NCBI RefSeq assembly: GCF_006345805.1
Contig: NC_042999.1
Span: 23,994,001-24,058,000 of the forward strand
Source of the DNA: Octopus sinensis
Taxonomy: Eukaryota
DNA length: 64,000 nt
Direction: 5' to 3'
The notes beneath the pieces were generated by a model that was not told where the DNA came from, made no database searches, and worked only from the letters and a program-made list of their open reading frames with translations. Both the position numbers and the translations under genes were made by a program. This document shows, piece after piece, positions 1 through 12,442 of this stretch (position 1 is its first letter; every line of letters starts with the position of its first letter).

Positions 1-600
1 AAGCATTTTGTTCGACGCGCTAACGTTTTTTTTCTACTCTTGGCACAAGGCCCGAGGTTTTAGGGGAGGTGGCCAATCGATTAGATCGACTCCAGTACAC
101 AACTGGTGCTTAATTTATCGACCCCGAAGGGTGAAAGGCAAAGTCGACCTCGGCGGAATTTGAACTCAGGACGTAAAGACTGACGAAATACTGCCAAGCA
201 TTTCGCCTGGCGTGCTAACGTTTCCTATTTCTATACGTCAAGGACAGACAAAGGGATTAAGTCGATTACATCGACCCCAGTGCGTAACTGGTACCTATTT
301 AATCGACCCCGAAAGGATGAAAGGCAAAGTCGATGTCGGCGTAATTTGAACTCAGAACGTAGCGGCAGACGAAATACCTATTTCTTTACTACCCACAAGG
401 GGCTAAACACAGAGAGGACAAACAAGGACAGACGAACGGATTAAGTCGATTACATCGACCCCAGTGCGTAACTGGTACTTATTTAATCGACCCCGAAACG
501 ATGAAAGGCAAAGTCGACCTCGGCGGAATTTGAACTCAGAACGTAGCGGCAGACGAAATACCGCAAAACATTTCGTCCAGCGGGCTAACGTTTCAGCAAG
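1..600 (-). mobile_element. tRNA-type SINE family A, multi-unit copy plus head of a further copy
   Basis: Repeated core cgaccccgaaaggatgaaaggcaaagtcgacctcggcggaatttgaactcagaacg occurs three times; shared with many copies in the window. Confidence 0.85.
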
Positions 601-687
601 ATCGCAGTCTTTGGTTGAGTGAATAATGCGGAATAATAATCCGATTTACTGAAATAGTTATTCAAAAATACTATGAAAGTATTGTGC

Positions 688-895
688 GTGGAGGCGCGTG
701 GCTTAATGGTTAGGGGTGTTGGACACATGATCGTAAGATTGTGGTTTCGATTCCTGAACCGAGCGACGCGTTGTGTTATTGAGCGAAACACTTCATTTCA
801 TGTTCCTCGGGTCCACTCAGTTGGCAAAAATGAATGGCATCCCGTCCAGGTAAGGAATACATACGCAACGGAAACCAGGAAAGCAGAATTATGAA
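688..895 (+). mobile_element. SINE family C, diverged
   Basis: gtggaggcgcgtggcttaatggttaggg head and family C body. Confidence 0.75.
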
Positions 896-1038
896 GCTAT
901 GTGACTCAGAAGAGTCTTCATTGGCCTACTATCGGATACAGAAATTATTAGAAAATTCCGCTGTCTTTACACAAATGTTACAACGGAAACACTAGTTTTG
1001 TAATCTAAGGGGAAAAAATTGGACAAAAAAATACTCAC

Positions 1039-1605
1039 ATAGGCAGGTTCGTGAAACAAGTTTGTTTACAATATTTTTCAAAGCTCCAAATTCTTCAACC
1101 GAAAACGTAAATTCTGAACTTGGTTTGCTGGCGATATTTTCAATTTCTGATTTTTTAGAGTTTCGTATACCAATAGCAAACACCATCGCACCAGTTTCAC
1201 GTAGTTTTTCAGCAGCGATTTTTGTCCTGGATGGTTTGTTTGAAATTCCGTCAGTCATTAAGATGGCAATATTTTGGACATTCTTTCTGTCTCCGTATTT
1301 GTTTGTGAATGAACGGACTCTTAAACTATTCAATGCTAAATGCGTCATTGTACCTCCTTTACCATAACGGATTTTGTCAATTTTTCTGAATATTTCTTCC
1401 TTATTAAAATATGAGTTCAAGTTAAACTGATATTTAACAGAGTAGCTGAACGTAAGAACACCTACTCGGACATTTTCGGAGCCAATTGGAAAATGTTTAA
1501 TGATATCTTTTGTAAAATCTTTCATTATTTTAAAGTTAGGCGCTTTAATACTGCCAGACTCATCCAAAGCAAACATAATGTCGGCATAATTTGTTTGACA
1601 ATTCG
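1039..1605 (-). CDS. Gene C exon, VWA domain (gene continues below window start)
   Basis: tttatatttcag|CG...CTAT|gtgagt; 567 nt, phase 1-1; DIMFALDESGS, GGTMT, MTDG. Confidence 0.96.
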
Positions 1606-2236
1606 CTGAAATATAAATCAATGACATCAACGCATTATTCATTATGTCAGTATATACACATACGCACACACACACACACACACGCACGCACGCACGTACA
1701 CATCATATACATACATATACATAAATAAACATACAAGTATATATATATTGGGTCATCCCGTAAATAATGTGGGTTTTTTTTATACTTTTAATTTTCAAAA
1801 TTAAGATAAACATAGTTCTATACGTCTATCTATTTATAAGTACAAATAGACAAATGTAAACATACATATAGGTACCTTTCTGTACATACTGTAGATCCAA
1901 CTCAGTGATGGCCTCAAGTGTAGCATATGTATAAAAGAATACAAGTGGGGTTGAAAATTCACAACAGCTGTTTCGGTAGCATCTTATTAATGCATTCTTA
2001 GATTACGTCAAGACAAAAAACCGCCATTGTGCGTGTGCGTGTGTGTGTGTTTGTCTCTGTGTGTGTGTGTGTGGTGGGGGTAACATATATGATATGAATG
2101 TGGGCTAATGGATAAAGGAATTCAATCCAAATTCATAAATATTGTTTTCCTGTCTCCACGAATCTATATTATATACATGGCTGTCTTGTTCGGAGCTGAA
2201 AATGTAAGACATAATTTGTAGGAAAGTTATCTAACA

Positions 2237-2642
2237 TAGGCGCAGAAGTGGTTGTGTGGTAAGTAGCTTGCTTACCAACCACATGGTTTCGGGTTCATTC
2301 TCACTGCGTGGCACCTTGGGCAAGTGTCTTCTACTATAGCCTCGGGCCGACCAAAGCCTTGTGAGTAGATTTGGAAGACGGAAACTGAAAGAAGCCTGTC
2401 ATGTATATGTATATGTATGTATGTGTGTGTATGTGTGTTTGTGTGTCTGTGTTTGTCACCCCAGCATCGCTTGACAATCGACGGTGGTGTGTTTACGTCC
2501 CCGTAAATTAGCGGCTCGGCAATAGAGGCCTATAGAATAAGCACTAGGCTTCCAAAGAATAAGTCCTGGGGTCGACTTGCTCGACTAAAGGCGGTGCTAC
2601 AGCATGGCCACAGTCAAAGGACAGAAACAGGTAAAAGAGTAA
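2237..2642 (+). mobile_element. tRNA-type SINE family B (CORE-like, resembles Octopus OR-type SINEs from memory)
   Basis: Head ggcgcagaagtggttgtgtggtaag, CORE-like gtggcaccttgggcaagtgtc, internal (TA)/(TG) tract, aaaagagt tail. Confidence 0.85.
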
Positions 2643-3056
2643 ATTAAACAGAAATCCTACAAAGAAGATTGTCTATTTTCAATTCCTTTTGACTTGCCTC
2701 TTTCACATCATAAAGCGTGTTCCAAATTAACGTTGATTCACCTCTTTTTCTCACACTTTTCTCTATAGTTAAAAGTATCAGAGAGAATATATACCGGATC
2801 AAACTTTGTTTTACCACGAGTAAACTTTTTCAAAAGAAGGTATTGAAGTCAAGACTGCAATTCAGAACTGTTTCCATTTATAATGTGATATTATGCAGAC
2901 TTTCAGAACCTACATAAATCAAACTGATGTATATGCAATAGTGAGTGTGTCTTGAGACACACTGCTCTATCTGACAGTAACGCATCAAGTGGAAAATCAA
3001 TTGCGAACTCATATTAGAGTTATGGATTTAATTTGTCTATTGTATAGGTGTTAGTG

Positions 3057-3548
3057 TAGAGGCGCGTAGCTTAGTGGTTAGGGTGACAGCATCATGATCG
3101 TAAGATTGTGGTTTCGATTCCTGGATCAGGCGGTGCGTTCTGTTCTTAAGCAAAACACTTCATTTCACGTTGCTCCAGTTCACTCAGCTGGCAAAAATGA
3201 GTAACGCTGTGATGGACTGGCATCCCGTCAATCTGGGTAACACATACGTCATTGAAACCGGGAAACCAGGCCCATGAGCCTGGCTAGGCTTTAAAAGGGT
3301 GCATTTATTTTTGTGGAGGCGCGTGTCTTAGTGGTTAGGGTGTCAGCATCAAGATCGCAAGATTGTGGTTTCGATTCCTGGACCGGGCGACGCGTTGTGT
3401 TTCTCGTTGCTCCAGTCCACTCAGCTGGCAAAAATGAGTAACGCTGCGATGGACTGGTGTCCCATCCAGCTGGGTAACACATACGCCATTGAAACCGGGA
3501 AACTGGGCTCATGAACCTGGATAGGCTTTAAAAGGGCGCATTATTTTT
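3057..3548 (+). mobile_element. Head-to-tail dimer of tRNA-type SINE family C inside one 14-bp TSD
   Basis: Two ggcgcgt(a/g)...ttagtggttagggtg units; tataggtgttagtg at 3043-3056 and 3549-3562; body contains a V-SINE-like gatggactgg..tccc.tcca motif. Confidence 0.85.
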
Positions 3549-3619
3549 TATAGGTGTTAGTGCTTATTTGTTGTACAGCAAAATACAAAAGAACGAGTTT
3601 TGCTAATAGTGCACTTACC

Positions 3620-3836
3620 CTTTACTCTCTTTTACTCTTTTACTTGTTTCAGTCATTTGACTGTGGACATACTGGAGCACCGCCTTTAGTCGAAGAAATA
3701 AACCCCAGGACTTATTCTTTGTAAGCCTAGTACTTATTCTATCGGTCTCTTTTGCCGAACCGCTAAGTTACGGGGACGTAAACAAATCAGCATCTGTTGT
3801 CAAGCGATGTTGGAGGACAAACACAGACACAAGTAA
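3620..3836 (-). mobile_element. SINE family B, 3' half
   Basis: tttactcttttacttgtttcagtcatttgactgtgg tail and body. Confidence 0.8.
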
Positions 3837-3987
3837 AAGGGTAAAACTGTTGGCGAAGAAAAGGTGACAATGTACATCATTAATTACTATAGGAACCAGT
3901 GTATGGCTAAAAAAGGAAAAAGCGAAGAGGTTGAACTTCTCGAATAGTCTGACAGAAAATATATTTTATGTATAATATCATACTTAC

Positions 3988-4038
3988 ATTTACTTTCAAG
4001 GGATTTCGATGACACTATATTGACCAAATAGCAAAGTA
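3988..4038 (-). CDS. Gene C exon 2, signal peptide C-part
   Basis: ttcttctctttcag|TA...AAAT|gtaagt; 51 nt, phase 1-1; joined peptide MKSIYILPLIVLCYLVNIVSS-KSLESKSNCQ. An alternative in-frame donor A|gtaaat would end the exon at 3994. Confidence 0.8.
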
Positions 4039-4139
4039 CTGAAAGAGAAGAACAATTCTAAGCACAATATAATGATATATGTTTAAAAATGCCTTTACAA
4101 AAGTATACATACATACATACATATAAATATATATATGTA

Positions 4140-4201
<62 letters not shown>

Positions 4202-4202
4202 A

Positions 4203-4585
4203 TATAGTTAATCCAAACATAAACAAAGAGAAAACACAACAACGCGAGGACGTGGAACATGTATAGTGCTATTGGACGCTCAGGAAAGGAAAGAAAGAAG
4301 GAGGATTTAACGTTTCGAGCGGAGCTCTTCGTCAGAAATATGGAAAAAGGAAAGGTCCAAGGGAGGGACGACGGAGAAAGAAAATCGCCAACGATACACA
4401 CGCGGTCACTATATATTTATAGGGAGAGTTTACGAAAAAAACAAAAGACGAAGACAGGTGGTGTAGAAAACAAACAGATGTATTAGTATAACGCTCAGGA
4501 ATAGAAAAAAATCTTTTACGTTTCCAGCCTACGCTCTTCTACAGAAAGGTACACAGAAAAAACAAGGAGAGAAAAAATATATATA
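4203..4585 (-). mobile_element. Two adjacent Penelope-like terminal fragments, each with a hammerhead-like motif (4305-4339, 4513-4548)
   Basis: Families recur at 6178-6345, 28320-28535, 43545-43630 (type 1) and 32535-32700, 48085-48250 (type 2). Confidence 0.6.
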
Positions 4586-4710
4586 TAAGGGGAGAGATAG
4601 GTAGAGAGAGAGAGAGAGATAGAGAGGGAGTGGGTGCATTAAATCTATTGGCTTTCATTCATTTTTTTTTATCCTGTAATATATTATTTGCCTCTAAAAT
4701 TTGAACTCAC

Positions 4711-4741
4711 CGATCAGAGGAAGAATGTAGATTGACTTCAT
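4711..4741 (-). CDS. Gene C first coding exon, signal peptide N-part
   Basis: ctaatcATG AAG TCA ATC TAC ATT CTT CCT CTG ATC G|gtgagt = MKSIYILPLI, phase 1. Confidence 0.8.
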
Positions 4742-4797
4742 GATTAGTCTTACAACTAATCAGATCTGACACTAATCAGTAACTGTATATAGTGGCG

Positions 4798-4806
4798 TTA
4801 TATATA
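4798..4806 (-). promoter_or_regulatory. Putative TATA box of gene C
   Basis: Minus strand gcaaTATATATAAcgcc about 57-65 nt upstream of the ATG at 4741, the same spacing as gene B. Confidence 0.5.
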
Positions 4807-4814
4807 TTGCAGCA

Positions 4815-4856
<42 letters not shown>

Positions 4857-5134
4857 ATATATATATATATATTATATATATATATAATACATATATATAT
4901 AATACATATATATATATGTATGATACATGCACATAAATATATATGGTTATATATATATATATGTATATGTATGTATGTATATATGTATATATATGCATAC
5001 ATATAATGAGTGTGTGTCTGTGTGTACACGGATTTATAAGGGTAAAAATACATGTGTACTTATTTCTCTCATTTCACATTGGATTAAGGTATTATAATGG
5101 AGAAACACATGACAAATCTCACACACATGCGTAG

Positions 5135-5175
<41 letters not shown>

Positions 5176-5544
5176 GACATACACACTTATATACACATAT
5201 ATTTGTGTACGTGTGTATATGCGTACTCGGCTATTAATCACGCCCATAAGTATATATATGTACAAGCACACATATACACAAACACATATAAGAGTATAAG
5301 CATTATATGAACATGTAAGGTATTAATATATGACAATGGAAGAAAATTAAATACCTGTTCACCAGCACCAATAAATTAATATACGTAATATTAACATCTG
5401 CAATTTTAATGCGTATCATGCGTTAGAGATTTCTGAAATATCAACCTCCTTATATATATATAAAACTTAGATAAAACTTAGATATGTTTCGACCAAAGAT
5501 TGGTCCATCCCATGTCTAACTTAATAGTACCACCTGATAGTATT

Positions 5545-5850
5545 ATCTCAGTCCTGTTTAAGTCAAGTTTTGTTTATGGTCCATTCATGTAGTGAGTTCT
5601 TGTTGAGTGAGTTGTATCCAGGTATGGGTGGCTTATCTGGTATTCCTTGAAGAAATCTGTCCAGACTCTGTTTAAAGGTGATGGGATCCTTTCCCTCCTT
5701 GATCTCTTTCGGGACAATGTTAAACAGGGCAGGGCTTGTTCAGGAAAATAAATTGTGTCGCAGTGTACCTATATGCTGTGATACTGAATTGAGCAAGAGG
5801 AGCGGCCCAAAGAGGTTATGAGATGTAATGGTGTCAGTGAAATGTTTTAA
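5545..5850 (-). mobile_element. CR1-like LINE 3' fragment
   Basis: Minus frame ALFNIVPKEIKEGKDPITFKQSLDRFLQGIPDKPPIPGYNSLNKNSLHEW. Confidence 0.75.
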
Positions 5851-6108
5851 AATCTACTCAGCCTTTGTTCTTTTTTATCTCATTACGAAAAAAATTATAT
5901 ATATATATAAGTTGTTATAATGATGTTAAATAAAACCGATGGTTTGAAATCATTTAATGCGCCCGTTTCAGGCCTGCATAATGACTAATAGGAAATAATA
6001 GGAAATGCATCCATTACGGAAACCTTCTTCAGTTAAAGCATATATGTATTATGTATGTATGTATGTATGTATGTATGTATGTATGTATGTATGTATGATG
6101 TATGTATG

Positions 6109-6182
<74 letters not shown>

Positions 6183-6346
6183 TAATCCAAACATGAAAAC
6201 AAACAGAAAACACAACAACGTGAGGACGTGGAAGAAATATAGTATTATTGGACGCTCAGGAAGGAAGGAAGGGAAGACGGAGGAAAAAAATCGCCAACGG
6301 TACACACGCGGTCACATTTTGAATGCACACGCGGTAACATTTTGAA

Positions 6347-6416
<70 letters not shown>

Positions 6417-7104
6417 CCTACTAGATTGGAAAGTAAGTCCTGTCACATTTCAAGATGGCAACGAAACAAATGTTTTATTAATCTTAATTTGCATTGTCAA
6501 AATAATGTTGCAAGGATCTGACTAACAGAGGGATCAAAGAGCAGAGTGTAAAGAGATTAAGGCAAAGCTTCCATATTTAGAGTTATAGTCACGACGGGCA
6601 ATAAGTTGTGTGGCATTATCGTATAAGAGTAACATCTTTTACAACTGACCAATGATTGGCGTTTATTCTGCAAATCTTTTGTGCAATGTTACCAAGGAGC
6701 GCTAACGACGGTGCATCAGCATGGCCGCAGCTCTGAGCTGAAACTACGGAAAAAAATTGACAATACGTCTCCGAATTAACTGGTCTGTTTTGGTTAAACA
6801 ATATGTGATACACTAAATGCTATATATCCCACAAAACACAGAGCATAGTTTCTTCCAGGTGTACTCCTGATTTGGCGAAAAACTCTTCTTTTTTCACTGA
6901 GTGCATTTTTTTCTGGATCCTTTCGTTCTGAGTTCAAATCCCGCTTTAGATAAAATAAAGTACCAATAAAGTACTGGAGTCGATATAATCAACTTACCCT
7001 TCTCCTCAAAACTACAGGCCATGTGCCAAAAACTAGAAAGGAAATTACTAGAAGCATAAATATTAATAAACTACTATATTAGACTCTGTAAAATATAACT
7101 GCGA

Positions 7105-7149
<45 letters not shown>

Positions 7150-7157
7150 TGCTGTGA

Positions 7158-7400
7158 CTGGGGAGAGTCATTTTCTTTTTGTGTCTTATAATTTAACACA
7201 TTCACCGGTAAAATTTCCACTTATTTCTTAGGAAAATAAAAATAAAAATATGAAACAAGTGGAAATTTTACCGGTGAGTGTGTTAAAATATAATGCACAA
7301 AAAGAAAATGAATTCCCCGAGATCAACAAAATATGATTCAACACACGAACTCATATAAAGAATCTTGCAAACCAAATCCCAAAACGAAATACATATATAT
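7158..7400. repeat. Foldback element with unique tail; second copy in opposite orientation at 58735-58935
   Basis: gggagagtcattttctttttgtg...accggtaaaatttccact / agtggaaattttaccggt...cacaaaaagaaaatga arms, shared tail cttgcaaaccaaatcc. Confidence 0.7.
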
Positions 7401-7601
7401 ATTCTGAAAGAGATATAGCATAATTCTTAAAATATCTATATATAAGAGCAAATTCCATGAATAGAACCAGATAAACATTAAGCTTTTTTTGTTGATAAAA
7501 TATTTATTTGCATCGAAAATGTTAATTTGAGGACATGACAATCATTTGCCCAGAGACACAGTTTCTGTTTTACAAAATATCTTATTGTATGCATCTCGCT
7601 G

Positions 7602-7640
7602 TCAGAGAACTTCGTTCGATTTTTCTCCATTTATTTTAAC
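7602..7640 (-). CDS. Possible terminal exon of gene B (VKINGEKSNEVL-stop)
   Basis: aattaaatgtacag|GTT...TGA, phase 0, matching the 13570 donor; AATAAA at 7503-7508 on the minus strand. Confidence 0.25.
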   Translation of the reverse strand, partial: VKINGEKSNEVL

Positions 7641-7699
7641 CTGTACATTTAATTAAAATTGTAACTGTTCAAAATTTTTGTAACTTTAGTATATTGTTT

Positions 7700-9118
7700 C
7701 TATACATCTACGAAGCTGATCTGTCAACGTCTGTTATTGAAGATTGAAGGAGACGGCAATAACATTAATCACCCAACTAAACACTGCTCAGAGCTGACTT
7801 ACAGGATGCAGTCGGAGTGTTTGGAAGCTCACTGTTCTTTTCTACTCTAGGCACCAAGCTTGAGATTTTGGGTGGAGGAGGGGGGCTGTCGATTAGATCG
7901 ACCACAGTACGCAGCTGGTACTTAATTTGTCGACCCCGAAAGGATGAAGGGCAAAGTCGACCTCAGCGGAATTTGAACTCAGAACGTAAAGACTGGCGAA
8001 ATACCGCTAAGCATTTCGCCCACCGTGCTAACGTTTCATATTTCTTTATTGCCCACAAGGGGATAAACATAGAGGGGACGGACAAGGACAGACAAACGGA
8101 TTAAGTCGATTAGATCGACCCCAGTGCGTAACGGGTACATAATTTATCGACCCCGAAAGGATGAAAGGCAAAGTCGACCTCGGCGGAATTTGAGCTCAGA
8201 ACGTAGCGGCAGACGAAATACCTATTTCTTTACTGCCCACAAGGGGCTACACAGAGGGAGGACAAACAAGGACAGACAAACGGATTAAGTCGATTATATC
8301 GACCCCAGTGCGTAACTGGTACTTATTTAATCGACCCAGAAAGGATGAAAGGCAAAGTCGACCTCGGTGGAATTTGAACTGAGAACGTAGCGGCGGACGA
8401 AATACCGCTAAGCATTTCACCCGGCGTGCTAATGATTCTGCCAGCTCACCGCCTTTTGAAGCTCACTGTTCAATAAAGCTTTGTGTGAAACAGGGCAAAA
8501 ATGCTAACGAAACTTATGAAGTGCCCCAGACTGCTTATAGATTAACTTTTTCACTGGAAGAAGAGGTTCAAGGACGGTAAAGAGGGGTTGAGAGAGGATG
8601 AGGGAAGGAGAAGGACATCAGAACATCAGAGCTGGTTCAGAAAATTCCTAATTTTCTGGATGAAGACTGCCGTGTGTCTACAACGACTCTAATCATCCTG
8701 TTTGGAGTCGCGTGAAAACTGTAAATCGAATTATTCATAAAGATATGAACAAGTTTGTCCTCTGGATGCTGAGTAAAGAACTTGCTGGTAACTTGACAGA
8801 CATGAACATCAAAACTGTCCCACACCCAAATTTCCTTACAGACTAGACGTTGCTCTCTGTGATCTTTGGTTGTTCTCCAAGCTAAAGGAGAGAATCAGTG
8901 GGAGACGTTTTGAAGGTATTGAGAAGGAGTTGCAATAAGGGTCCTGAGCATCTTCATTTTAGAAGACTTCCATTGTGCCTTCATGAAGTGGCTAGAGCTT
9001 TACAAGTTCATTGACATAAGACGATCCTATTTGGAAGGAAGCTAGAGTTTTGTACTCCTTTGAAATTGATAAATATATCTCAAAAAAATGTCTGAAAACT
9101 TCTGGAACGCTCCGTCTA
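7700..9118 (+). mobile_element. Degraded mariner remnant interrupted by SINE A
   Basis: Frameshifted SIKLCVKQGKNANETYE and DVALCDLWLFSKLKERISGRRFE; right TIR-like aaaatgtctgaaaacttctggaacg. Left end uncertain. Confidence 0.65.
7838..8457 (-). mobile_element. SINE family A with 14-bp target-site duplication
   Basis: gaagctcactgttc at 7824-7837 and 8458-8471 flanks a three-unit copy inserted into a mariner remnant. Confidence 0.9.
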
Positions 9119-9138
9119 AGATTAGTATAACGAACATA

Positions 9139-9704
9139 TAGGGCTGTCCGGAAAGTACGTGCCGAATTAAAGTAGCTTACCTTTCGACTTATATTAGAAC
9201 ATATTTGAGTCCATAAAATAGGATTTGACTACACCTCCATTTAGAGCACATTTTAAGCTAACTTTTTGTGGAAGAAGATTTATGTTCTTATAACCTGTGT
9301 TAATTTTGTAACCCTTTAAAATGGAAGATAAGAAAGTTCATTTTTGGCACTTGATGCTTTGGGAACCAGACAAAAATTGCTGCAGCTCGGCTGGGATGTG
9401 TTACCCCACCCTCCATATTCACTAGATATTGCTCCTTCGGATTTCCACTTATTCAGGTCTCTGCAGAATAGTCTTTATGGTAAAAATTTCAATTTCTTGG
9501 ATGACGTAAAAAGACACCTTGATGAATTCTTTGCTATGAAACCACTTCAATTCTGGGAAGAGGGTATTTTCAAGTTAAAGGAAATATTGAGTCGCATTGT
9601 GCAACAAAATGGTTCATATTTGATTGATTAAAAATGTAATGGCAAGTATTTATTGACCTTTCTCTTTCCTTTAAAAATCGGCATGAACTTTCCGGACAAC
9701 CCAA
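9139..9704 (+). mobile_element. Internally deleted mariner with both TIRs
   Basis: TIRs t(a/t)ggg(c/t)tgtccggaaagt..gtgccga, TA flanks; MEDKKVHFWHLM N-terminus fused to HPPYSLDIAPSDFHLF C-terminus. Confidence 0.9.
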
Positions 9705-10036
9705 TATCTGTGTTAGTCAGGCACCTGCTGTTTCAATTACACGGGAAAACAAATATCTTCTTCATAAATTTATAATCTTGTTTATTTTATACCACCACAT
9801 TCATCTCTTATCCTCCAAATTGATTTAGAAAACATAGCGTGTGTATAAGTGTTTATACGTATCTATGCTAGAATGCATTAGTAGAAGTATGATTGATTGA
9901 ATAAATTCATTTACAAACGCATAAAGTATATAAATACGTATGTATGTATACAAGTATGTATGTACCTTCCTTCCTTACTACATATGTAGGTATATATGTA
10001 TGCATGCATGTATATATGCATTTATGTATATATTAT

Positions 10037-10199
10037 AGGCATAGGAGTGGCTGCGTGGTAAATAGCTTGCTTACCAACCACATAGTTCCGGGATCAGTCC
10101 CACTGCATGGCACCTTGGGCAAGTGACGTCTACTATGACCTCGGGCCGAACAAAGCCTTGTAAGTGGATTTGGTAGACGGAAACTGAAAGAAACCCGTC

Positions 10200-10280
<81 letters not shown>

Positions 10281-10500
10281 TATATGTTTGTGTGTCTGTG
10301 TTTGCCCCCCCCCCCTCAACATCGCTTGACAACCGATGCTGGTATGTTTACGTCCCCGTAACTTACCAGTTCGGCAAAAGAGACCGATAGAAGAAGTACC
10401 AGGCTTACAAAGAATAGGTCCTGGGGGCGATTTGCTCGACTAAAAGGTGGTGCTCCAGTATGGCCACAGTCAAATGACTGAAACAAGTAAAAAGAGTAAC
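10037..10500 (+). mobile_element. SINE family B, full length
   Basis: Full consensus with internal (TA)n(TG)n. Confidence 0.88.
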
Positions 10501-10819
10501 AAAAAATGTGTATATATATGTGTGTGTATATGTAAGTATATATGCACGCATGCATATATGTGTGCATTTACGTATATATGTGTCTATGTATATATGTATG
10601 TACGTATGCATGCATGATGCATGAATCTATGTATGTAAGCATTTAAATATATATATATATATATATGTCTGTGTATATGTATGTATGTATGGATATTTTG
10701 TATTTGTTTTTTGAAGTTTTAGATTATAGGAAAATCGATATTACAAGATGTTTCTTAATCGAGAACCTCCAGACAAATATAGCAATGTAAATATACATTA
10801 TGATACTTATTTAAATATA

Positions 10820-11373
10820 TAGACGCAAGCATGGTTGCGTACTTAGAAGTTTACTTCCCAAGCTCATGATTTTGGATTCAATCCCAGTGTGTGGAACCTT
10901 GTGTCTTCTATTATAGCCTCCCGCCGATCAGAGCCTTGTAAGTGGATTTGGTAGACCATGCTGGCAGAAACGTTAGCACGCCGGGCGAAATGCTTAGCGG
11001 TATTTCGTCTGCCGCTACGTTCCGAGTTCAAATTCCGCCGAGGTCGACTTTGCCTTTCATCCTTTCGGGGTCGATTAAATAAGTACCAGTTACGCACTGG
11101 CGTCGATGTATTTGACTTAATCCTTTTGTCTGTCCTTGTTCGTCCCCTCTGTGTTTAGCCCCTCGTGGGTAGTAAAGAAATAGGTATTTCGTCTGCGGCT
11201 AGGTTCTGAGTTCAAATTCTGCCGAGATCGACTTTGCCTTTCATCCTTTCGGGGTCGATTAAGTAAGTACCAGTTACGCACTGGGGTCGATATAATCGAC
11301 TTAATGCGTTTGCCTGTCCTTGTTTGTCCCCTCTATGTTTAGCCCCTTGTGAGCAATAAAGAAATAAGAAACT
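10820..11373 (+). mobile_element. Family B SINE head fused to a two-unit family A SINE
   Basis: B-type 5' part ends at ...ggatttggtagac (~10956), then ctggcagaaacgttagcacg A-type head. Confidence 0.75.
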
Positions 11374-11401
11374 TAGATGGGCCAGTCGTGTTTATAGATG
11401 C

Positions 11402-11473
<72 letters not shown>

Positions 11474-11770
11474 TTTGTATGTGTGTGTGTGTGTATGTGT
11501 GTGTGTTTGTACATATGTATTTGTCTTGCGGCTGTGTTTGTCCCCGACCACCACTTGACTATCGGTGTTAGTGTGTTTACGTAACCAAGAGGTTCGGCAG
11601 AAGAGACCGATATAAGTACCAGTCTTTAAAAAAATAAGCTCTGCCGTCGATTGCACTAAAATTCTTCAAGGTGTTGCCCCAGTGTGGCCGCAGCCTAATA
11701 ACGGAAACAAAAGATTATAAGCATGAATATTCAATCACATACGTGTGTATGTATGCGAATGATTATATAT

Positions 11771-12024
11771 GTTTGGCCAAAAGTCACCCGAGAGTAAATC
11801 AAAATTCCTTAAATGCTATACTCTTTTACTCTTTTACTTGTTTCAGTCATTTGACTGTGGCCATGCTGAAGCACCGCCTTTAGTCGAGCAAGTCGACCCC
11901 AGGACTTATTCGTTGTAAGCCTACTACTTATTCTATCGGTCTCTTTTGTCGAACCGCTAAGTTACGGAGACGTAAACACACCAGCATCGGTTGTCAAGCG
12001 ATGTTGGGTGACAAACACAGACAC

Positions 12025-12066
<42 letters not shown>

Positions 12067-12427
12067 TTTATATTTATATATAAACGACGGACTTCTTTCA
12101 GTTTCCGTCTACCAAATCCACTTGCAAAATTTGGTCGGCCTCAGGCTATAGTAGAAGACACTTGCCCAAGGTGCCATGCAGTGAGACTGAACCCGGAACC
12201 ATGTGGTTGGTAAACAAGCTACTTGCCACACAGCCAATCCTACGCCTATCTGTAATTCTGTATTGACTCGAATAGAGAAATGTGTCACACAAGAAGGATT
12301 TAAGTTTGAATATTTCTCATGATGTTTCACATTTAGATTCTTTTATTAAATTTATTCAGTCGTTAAGCATAAATAAATCTTGGACTTAAATGGTTTTGAT
12401 ATACTGTAAGGTGACTTTTGGCCAAAC
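11771..12427. mobile_element. MITE-like element with TIRs, carrying nested SINE B (11820-12248)
   Basis: gtttggccaaaagtcacc at 11771 and its exact reverse complement ending 12427, imperfect extension to ~45 bp, TA-rich flanks. Confidence 0.7.
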
Positions 12428-12442
12428 CTATATATGTATATT

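Noticed and set aside
1-600. CRISPR-like periodic repeats
   Set aside because: Tandem SINE units with no unique spacers, in a eukaryotic context.
2237-2310. tRNA genes at SINE heads
   Set aside because: Only A/B-box-like remnants, continuing directly into SINE bodies; no complete cloverleaf seen.
5355-5400. Alternative first exon for gene C (MLILRIL...)
   Set aside because: In-frame TGA before the good donor; 4711-4741 fits far better.
6616-6760. Phase-1 acceptor plus 43-codon ORF as gene B terminal exon
   Set aside because: The start (tttcagctcagagctgcggccatgctgatgcacc) is a decayed family B SINE tail.
12330-12410. Candidate terminal exon VYQNHLSPRFIYA-stop with AATAAA
   Set aside because: The acceptor lies within the inverted repeat of the 11771-12427 MITE.
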